A DNA stretch of 37,761 bases from a virus: IMG/VR virus record IMGVR_UViG_3300045988_134855. The stretch is one strand, 5' to 3'. Positions 31,780 through 37,761 of the stretch are shown here, piece after piece; the first letter of the stretch is position 1, and every line of letters starts with the position of its first letter. The notes beneath the pieces were generated by a model. That model did not search any database, was not told the origin of the DNA, and worked only from the letters and a program-made list of their open reading frames with translations. A program made the translations under genes and the position numbers.

Positions 31780-32968
31780 ATGTCATTAGAAACAAGTTTA
31801 AAGAGTTTTCCATTTGATAGTATGGATGTTTTAAATTCAGACAGTGGAAATATGGAACCAGATAGGCTTTATGAGGCTGAAATGTTTAGAAAATATTTTG
31901 CTAAATTTCTAAGCAACGGGATTTATTTTGGACAATATAAAAATTATGGCGAAAATGGAATGAAGGTTAGTGCTAACGGAGGACTTAATATAAAAGTAAA
32001 TGCAGGAGCTGGAATCATAGAAGGTGCAGACTTTGAAAATGAAGAAGACAAAATATTCACACTAGAAAGACTAACTAGTGGAAATCGTGTTGACAGAGTG
32101 GTTGTAAAATTAGATAAAACACTAGCGGTGCGAGAAACGAAGTTATATATCAAAGAAGGAAATGGTACAACGCCAGCTTCATTGCAAAGAGATAACAACA
32201 TTTATGAAATATGCTTGGCAGAAGTAACCGTAAAAAGTACATCTAACATTGAAGCATCAGATGTTATTGATAAAAGATTAGATAAAACACTTTGTGGAAT
32301 AGTTAATTCTTTAATCAGTGTTGATGGAGAAGAATTATATCAGCAATTTCAAGATTATATAGATTCTGTTATTGAAAATCTTGTAAGAAAAGACCAAGAT
32401 AACACAATAACAGGAAAACTAGTAGTAAATGGAGGTGTAGAGGCAAATGTCAAAGGAAATTTACAAGGCAATGTTACTGGTAATGTCAGTGGTTCTTCTG
32501 GTAGTTGTACAGGTAATGCTGCTACAGCTACAGTTGCAGATAGTGCAAAAGAATGTACACGGAAATGCTACTACAGCTACTACAGCAAGTAACTCGCAAA
32601 AATTGGGAGGAAAAGAAGCAACTGATTATAAACTAAAAGGAGATTTTGCAGTTATAACAAGCAGTTTGATTACGCCTGATACAACCAGCACAAGCGTCCA
32701 AGGAGCTGTAGATATAAATTATCCAAAAGGATTCAATAAAAATAATTCTGTGATAATTAGTCTTATGTCAAAAAATAACAGTATGAACAGTGAAGCAAAT
32801 AGAAAATGGAGTACAGTTGGAATAAACAGTAGTGGAAGTGTGGTAAAAGGAAATTTAGGATTAACAGCTTCGCTAAATGAAGAAAATATTACGGTATGGG
32901 TATCTAAAATGGCACAGGAAGAACAAAGCAAGAATATAGGAATTAAATTAATTCTAATGAAAGTTTAG
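31780..32968 (+). CDS. Tail fiber / receptor-binding protein, recoded: +1 shift at CGG 32560-32562
   Basis: ...GSCTGNAATATVADSAKECT + [C]GGA -> G-NATTATTTASNSQKLGGKEATDYKLKGDFAV...; 395 aa; the repeated CTGNA motif supports Gly at the shift. Confidence 0.93.
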
Positions 32969-32979
32969 GTGGTATAAGT

Positions 32980-33642
32980 ATGTCAAATTATACAGAACAT
33001 TATAATTTAAAGAAACCTTTAAAAATAGAAAGCTACGATGTAGGAGTAGCTAATACTAACAATGATATTATAGATGAAAATTTGTATAGAAAGGTTGACA
33101 AGGTTCCAGGCAAAGGGATGTCAAGTAATGATTTTACAGATAATTATAAACAAAAACTTGATATGTTACAAAATATATATAAGTTCAAAGGCTCTGTTGA
33201 AAATTTTACAAAATTAAATGAAGTAACGGAACAAAAAAGTGGAGATGTATATAATGTTATTTCGGAAAATAAAGATTATGCTTACAATGGAACTGAATGG
33301 GTATTATTAGGAACAGCAGTTGACATAGGCAGTACAGCAACTAAAGCTGAACTAGCACAAATAGTCGAGCATAAATACTTTTTAAAGCTAACAGCAGATG
33401 TGGCAAAAGGTGGAACTATAACTTTACCTTGCAACTACAAAGTAGGTACACATTGTTTAGATGTGTACTATATGGGAGAACTACTAAGATTAAGTAGCGA
33501 CGATGTTGGGACAGATGGACATTATCGAGAAGTAGGACAAGCAAATGAAGTAAGCAACCAAATTAAAACAACTAGTGACTGGGGCTGTGATGTAGGCGAA
33601 TATTTTGAATTTGTTGTGAGAGGAGAGTATTCAAATGTTTAA
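32980..33642 (+). CDS. Tail/baseplate-associated protein
   Basis: MSNYTEHYNLKKPLKIESYDVGVANTNNDIIDENLYRKVD typical phage structural N-terminus. Confidence 0.75.
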   Translation: MSNYTEHYNLKKPLKIESYDVGVANTNNDIIDENLYRKVDKVPGKGMSSNDFTDNYKQKLDMLQNIYKFKGSVENFTKLNEVTEQKSGDVYNVISENKDYAYNGTEWVLLGTAVDIGSTATKAELAQIVEHKYFLKLTADVAKGGTITLPCNYKVGTHCLDVYYMGELLRLSSDDVGTDGHYREVGQANEVSNQIKTTSDWGCDVGEYFEFVVRGEYSNV

Positions 33643-34015
33643 TGCATGGAGTAAAATAAAAGAATTGATAAATAAAAAACAAAATATATTAAATATTACA
33701 ACTGGAATCGAATATGAAACAGGCAGAATTATAGATGGCAAAAAGGAATATGGCAAAAGAATCAATTGTGGAAATTTGCCAAACGCAGAAGCAAAATATG
33801 TGCAGACAGGACTCCAAAACATAACTTTGACTAAAGCAATTGATGGAGTTATGTTGAATGTTAATTCGCAAAGAGGATTACCTGCTCCTAGCATCACATC
33901 AACAAATACGATAATGATATATCTTAATGGCACAGGAACAGCTTTAACAATCAATACGCAATTTAATTGGTCAAGTTATACTGCTTATGTAGAATTATTT
34001 TACGTGAAAAATTAA
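33635..34015 (+). CDS. Phage hypothetical protein (tail region)
   Basis: MFNAWSKIKELINKKQNILNITTGIEYETGRIIDGKKEYGKRINCGNLPN. Confidence 0.7.
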   Translation: MFNAWSKIKELINKKQNILNITTGIEYETGRIIDGKKEYGKRINCGNLPNAEAKYVQTGLQNITLTKAIDGVMLNVNSQRGLPAPSITSTNTIMIYLNGTGTALTINTQFNWSSYTAYVELFYVKN

Positions 34016-34026
34016 AGGAGGAGAGC

Positions 34027-34383
34027 ATGAAAGAATTAAACAATATCATAAATATTCTTCTTGCAAACGGCGGAACAGTTACTATGGCTGTTCTTTTTAT
34101 TATCTTTTTGTATCTTGATAGAAAAGATAGAAAAGATAAAGAAACTCAAGATGAAGCTAAAAGGAAGGAAGAACAAGAAGAGAAAAAAGCAGAAAGAGAA
34201 GCTGCTGGCAAATTGTTGGGTGAACTGTCAGCATCCAATAGGAATATAGCAGAAAGCTTAAACTTGTTAAAAACAAGTATGGACAACGCTAATACAGAAT
34301 TTAAACAGCATGACGAGAGAGCGATAGCAGGTTTTCAGACAATACACGAAGATTTAATAATTTTGAAGGAAAGGAGAGATTAG
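34027..34383 (+). CDS. BhlA/UviB-like holin-associated protein
   Basis: MKELNNIINILLANGGTVTMAVLFIIFLYLDRKDRKDKE. Confidence 0.65.
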   Translation: MKELNNIINILLANGGTVTMAVLFIIFLYLDRKDRKDKETQDEAKRKEEQEEKKAEREAAGKLLGELSASNRNIAESLNLLKTSMDNANTEFKQHDERAIAGFQTIHEDLIILKERRD

Positions 34384-34385
34384 TT

Positions 34386-34559
34386 ATGTTAGAAAAGTTA
34401 GCAAAACTAATTAATGTAAAAAGTATAGTTACATTAGCATTAACAATAGTAGTAGCAATACTTGCTTTAAAAGGAAATTTCGATATAAAAGAAATTTACT
34501 TAATGATAATAGCTTTTTATTTTGGAACTCAGTTAAAAGAAAATAAGGAGGAAAAATAA
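34386..34559 (+). CDS. Small phage holin-like membrane protein
   Basis: MLEKLAKLINVKSIVTLALTIVVAILALKGNFDIKEIYLMIIAFYFGTQLKENKEEK. Confidence 0.7.
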   Translation: MLEKLAKLINVKSIVTLALTIVVAILALKGNFDIKEIYLMIIAFYFGTQLKENKEEK

Positions 34560-34661
34560 ATGGAAGATGAAAAAATAGAAGTAATGAAGCCTGTAGAAGA
34601 ACCTACAGAGGAGATTTTTGAGAAAATAAAAGATGAAATCGAGGTGATAGAAGATGAGTAG
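34560..34661 (+). CDS. Small acidic hypothetical protein
   Basis: MEDEKIEVMKPVEEPTEEIFEKIKDEIEVIEDE; overlaps the endolysin start. Confidence 0.4.
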   Translation: MEDEKIEVMKPVEEPTEEIFEKIKDEIEVIEDE

Positions 34662-35322
34662 AGTATTTAAGAATAAAGGCAATGTAATCACACAAGTATT
34701 TAAAAAAGGAGTGCATAATGGCATTGATCTAGTCGGCACAGGTTATACATTAGATTATATTACAGCACATTCAGAAGGAACTGTTGTAGCAGTTAGAAAC
34801 AATTATAAAACCAACGACAAGTATGGTTGCTCTTATGGAAATTACGTTAAAATAAAACACAATGGATATTATACACTATATGCGCACATGAAATATAATA
34901 GCGTAACAGTTCGAGTAGGACAAAAAGTATCGAAAGGACAAGTTATTGGTTACATGGGAAATACTGGGCATAGTTTTGGAGCACATTTGCATTTTGAGGT
35001 AAGAGATAAAAATGACAATTTTATAAACCCAACAAAATATATAAATGCAAATTTACCTTCAAATGACAGTAAAAAATATAGTAAAGGCAGATACAAAGTA
35101 GATTGTGATGTTTTAACAATACGAACTGGACCAGGGACAAATTATGATTGGAAAAAATTCAATCAGTTAACGCCAAACGCACAGGCACAAATAAAAGAAT
35201 TATCAGGCTACAAACCAAACGGATTAGTAAGAAATTGTATCTGTGATGTATCAGAAGTAAAAGGTAAATGGGGGAAAATACCATCTGGTTGGATTTGCTT
35301 AAAATATTGTAAAAAAGCATAA
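34654..35322 (+). CDS. M23-family peptidase endolysin with C-terminal SH3-like domain
   Basis: GNYVKIKHNGYYTLYAHM...VGQKVSKGQVIGYMGNTGHSFGAHLHFEVR; VDCDVLTIRTGPGTNY. Confidence 0.95.
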   Translation: MSRVFKNKGNVITQVFKKGVHNGIDLVGTGYTLDYITAHSEGTVVAVRNNYKTNDKYGCSYGNYVKIKHNGYYTLYAHMKYNSVTVRVGQKVSKGQVIGYMGNTGHSFGAHLHFEVRDKNDNFINPTKYINANLPSNDSKKYSKGRYKVDCDVLTIRTGPGTNYDWKKFNQLTPNAQAQIKELSGYKPNGLVRNCICDVSEVKGKWGKIPSGWICLKYCKKA

Positions 35323-35323
35323 G

Positions 35324-35353
35324 AGCTAGGCTATATGCCTAGCTTATTTTTTT
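35324..35353 (+). terminator. Late operon intrinsic terminator
   Basis: AGCTAGGC-TATAT-GCCTAGCT then TATTTTTTT. Confidence 0.85.
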
Positions 35354-35496
35354 GCCTAAACATTGACAGCAATTTTATTATATTATATAATATTGAATGT
35401 CACATAATAGTAAGTATGTGACATTCGTTGCTATACAAATAATAACAATTATAAAATTCAAGAATATGTATATAATAAGAACAGGGGGAAATTATT

Positions 35497-36021
35497 ATGA
35501 TGATTGCTAATCTTGAAGATACCGAAGCCATAAAGTTAGCTAAATATATATATGGAAAATATTTAAACTATGATAAGAATACAGCAAGACGAATAATATC
35601 TCCAATAAAATTACAAAAGTCTTTGTATTTTTTATTTGCATATTGGGGTTCGTTTATTAGAATGAATAAAGAAAATGCAGATAGTGTAGAAGTTAATTAC
35701 TCAATATATGATGAGAATTTATTTGATGATAAAATAGAAGCATGGACTTATGGACCAGTAATTCCATCGGTTTTTAGTGCTGAAAAGAATGGAGTATTAG
35801 AAGAAGCAGAAAACAAATATTTAGAAGATGATATTGTAAAGAAAGAATTTGTAGACAATTTATTAGATCAATTATTCGAAATAGACGATTTTGGTTTAGT
35901 TAGACTTTCTCATGAGGATGAATGCTGGAAAAGAAATTATGTGGAAACTGATGAGAAACATAATAGAGAAATACCTAAAGAGGAAATCATAAATGAGTAT
36001 TTTACGAAATCGATTAAATAA
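35497..36021 (+). CDS. Panacea-domain (DUF4065) antitoxin-like protein
   Basis: DTEAIKLAKYIYGKYL...ISPIKLQKSLYFLFAYWG...DDKIEAWTYGPVIPSVF. Confidence 0.8.
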   Translation: MMIANLEDTEAIKLAKYIYGKYLNYDKNTARRIISPIKLQKSLYFLFAYWGSFIRMNKENADSVEVNYSIYDENLFDDKIEAWTYGPVIPSVFSAEKNGVLEEAENKYLEDDIVKKEFVDNLLDQLFEIDDFGLVRLSHEDECWKRNYVETDEKHNREIPKEEIINEYFTKSIK

Positions 36022-36628
36022 TATAGAATCTCAAAACAAAGGCAATATATTTAAGCATGAAATAAGTAAAATAAACAGAAAAGGAGCAAGTATTATAAAT
36101 ACATCTCCTTTTCATTTTAAGAAATTTATTTTTAATGGTAATTTATATTCTATAAAAATACCAGAAGAAAAGTTTACAAATTTTATAAGAAGTTATGATG
36201 GTAATACATACTATGAAATACTAAAGGAATTATTTAACAAATTATATTATGATAACTATAATATACTTGATGATTTTGTATTAGATGAAAGTAACTATAG
36301 TGATATATCTGCTCAAGCACAAAGACTAAAAAGAATTATTATGTTTGCAAATGATATAAGAAATATAGAAGATGTTCCTAAGATTAATGAATTGATTCCA
36401 GTAAAAAAATTAAAAGACAAAGAAAAAAGATATAAAGGAATAAGACTGTTTGTAAATGTAAGAGAAAATGGTTACATAGATTTATATTTAATAGATTTGT
36501 ACCATTTAGGAATAGATGCTTTTAATGTAACAACTCAAAATTATAATTTAGATAGAAATTATAATAGTAATGAAGATTGCAAAAAATGTATATCAAGAAT
36601 TGCAGACAAATACGAACTAAAAGACTAG
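35993..36628 (+). CDS. Putative partner (toxin) of the Panacea antitoxin
   Basis: Overlaps the upstream gene by 29 nt; 211 aa; no family recognised by eye. Confidence 0.55.
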   Translation: MSILRNRLNNIESQNKGNIFKHEISKINRKGASIINTSPFHFKKFIFNGNLYSIKIPEEKFTNFIRSYDGNTYYEILKELFNKLYYDNYNILDDFVLDESNYSDISAQAQRLKRIIMFANDIRNIEDVPKINELIPVKKLKDKEKRYKGIRLFVNVRENGYIDLYLIDLYHLGIDAFNVTTQNYNLDRNYNSNEDCKKCISRIADKYELKD

Positions 36629-36682
36629 CAATAGTCTTTTTTTGAGGCATATAACTTGTTGTCTCAAAAATAAAAACGCCTT

Positions 36683-36708
36683 AAAATCGATTCTGGAGCG
36701 TCGATTTT
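36683..36708 (+). terminator. Possible intrinsic terminator
   Basis: AAAATCGA-TTCTGGAGCG? -TCGATTTTT inverted repeat. Confidence 0.45.
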
Positions 36709-36733
36709 TCCTTAATTTTACGCGATTTTCTAG

Positions 36734-36776
36734 TCGACACAGTTCGACACAAAAATCTTACAAAATGTGGTATAAT
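36734..36776 (+). promoter_or_regulatory. Putative promoter with tandem TCGACA repeat
   Basis: TCGACA-CAGT-TCGACA-21 nt-TATAAT, matching 14100-14142. Confidence 0.55.
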
Positions 36777-36797
36777 AAATCAAGGAGAGTGATTAAG

Positions 36798-36971
36798 ATG
36801 AAAAAGATGTATCAAAAATCACTACGAAAGATGAGAGAATTACCAAAGATTGTAAGTAAGAAAGAATGGGACAAGTATGCTATACAAAATAATGTGCTAA
36901 CTGCTGAAAGTTTACGATATATAAGCAATAAAAATTTTAACGAACTCTGCAAAGAAGTGAGAGCTAATTAA
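36798..36971 (+). CDS. Small hypothetical protein
   Basis: MKKMYQKSLRKMRELPKIVSKKEWDKYAIQNNVLTAESLRYISNKNFNELCKEVRAN; RBS ggagag. Confidence 0.55.
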   Translation: MKKMYQKSLRKMRELPKIVSKKEWDKYAIQNNVLTAESLRYISNKNFNELCKEVRAN

Positions 36972-36974
36972 AAG

Positions 36975-37298
36975 TTAGCTCTCTTTCATTTTGACGTTTA
37001 TAAGTAGATCTATAATTTGACTAACTTCAAGAACTTCTTTTGAATCTAGTCCAAAAATTTCAATTTTATTATGCATCTCTTCTCGTAATTTTTCTAGATC
37101 CAATTCACTGTAAAACAAATCATCTATTTTAACATCAAGAGCAGTGGCAATTATGTGCATCGTTTTTAAACTTGGATTAAACACCTTATTATTCTCTAAT
37201 TCAGATAAATAAGAATAAGAAAGACCAGTTAATTTCATTAATCTATACAAAGTTATATTTTTAGATTCTCTAACATTTTTTATAATAAAAACAAACAT
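36975..37298 (-). CDS. XRE-family transcriptional regulator
   Basis: ESKNITLYRLMKLTGLSYSYLSELENNKVFNPSLKTMHIIATALDVKIDDLFYSE. Confidence 0.85.
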   Translation of the reverse strand: MFVFIIKNVRESKNITLYRLMKLTGLSYSYLSELENNKVFNPSLKTMHIIATALDVKIDDLFYSELDLEKLREEMHNKIEIFGLDSKEVLEVSQIIDLLINVKMKES

Positions 37299-37469
37299 AA
37301 ATTACCTCTAAAGTTATTATGCTCAAATTTTATTATAATTATTTGCAAAATTCTATTCTTCGCTCCCAGCGAACTATTTAAAACTTGAAATGCCTAATAC
37401 AAGCACACTTGTTTTTCGACAAATGCTCTAAAACGCTTGAAAACACAAGATTTTGTCGAACGATTTTAA

Positions 37470-37497
37470 TTGACTTTGTCGGATTTTGTTATATAAT
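37470..37497 (+). promoter_or_regulatory. Sigma-70-like promoter
   Basis: TTGACT-16 nt-TATAAT. Confidence 0.55.
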
Positions 37498-37617
37498 GAA
37501 ACCATAAAAAAGAGATAGCTCAGCTGGAACTGAAACTATCTCAAAGTGTATATTATATCTCAACATATACATATATAATATACACTCTATTTTAAAAAAT
37601 GTCAATGGGGGTATATT

Positions 37618-37761
37618 ATGGAAGTAGTAGAAATAGTAAAAGATAGAGTAAAATTAAATGAAAAATTATTTAGTGAGGAAGAAACAAAAATGATTTTAGA
37701 TAATGTTGAAGTGTTTTCTAGGATTTATTTATTAGGATTGCTTGACAAAAAACAAATGTAA
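37618..37761 (+). CDS. Small hypothetical protein
   Basis: MEVVEIVKDRVKLNEKLFSEEETKMILDNVEVFSRIYLLGLLDKKQM; RBS ggggg upstream. Confidence 0.45.
   Translation: MEVVEIVKDRVKLNEKLFSEEETKMILDNVEVFSRIYLLGLLDKKQM

Overview
The window is an almost complete prophage from a low-GC Firmicute, resembling phages of Clostridioides/Peptostreptococcaceae. In order it carries: tyrosine integrase, ImmA-like peptidase and CI-type repressor on the minus strand; Cro-like regulator; RecT/MBL/NinB-like recombination genes; replication genes; many small accessory ORFs; an ArpU/RinA-like late regulator; a tRNA(CAU)-like gene with flanking structured RNA; terminase; portal; head; tail; fiber; holins; an M23 endolysin; and a Panacea-type (DUF4065) toxin-antitoxin-like pair. 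The main finding is a coherent recoding signal. Eight genes (MBL hydrolase, AP2-domain protein, terminase large subunit, minor head protein, HK97-gp10-like protein, tape measure, distal tail protein, tail fiber) are each split by exactly one +1 frame change. In every case the break is an in-frame CGG codon followed by A or T. Skipping the C, i.e. reading C-GGA or C-GGT as one Gly, restores the full-length protein, and at several sites the restored Gly is a family-conserved residue. I found no other in-frame CGG in any supported gene, while CGG occurs dozens of times out of frame. This suggests that CGG is a +1-frameshift or quadruplet (CGGN -> Gly) codon here, not Arg. No decoding tRNA is visible in the window. 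Other notable features are a conventional -1 frameshift in the tail chaperone gene, a matched pair of TYGACA-N4-TCGACA-N21-TATAAT-like promoters, a CACTAANAGTG operator array, unexplained structured RNAs around the tRNA, and a zincin-like domain fused to the minor head protein.
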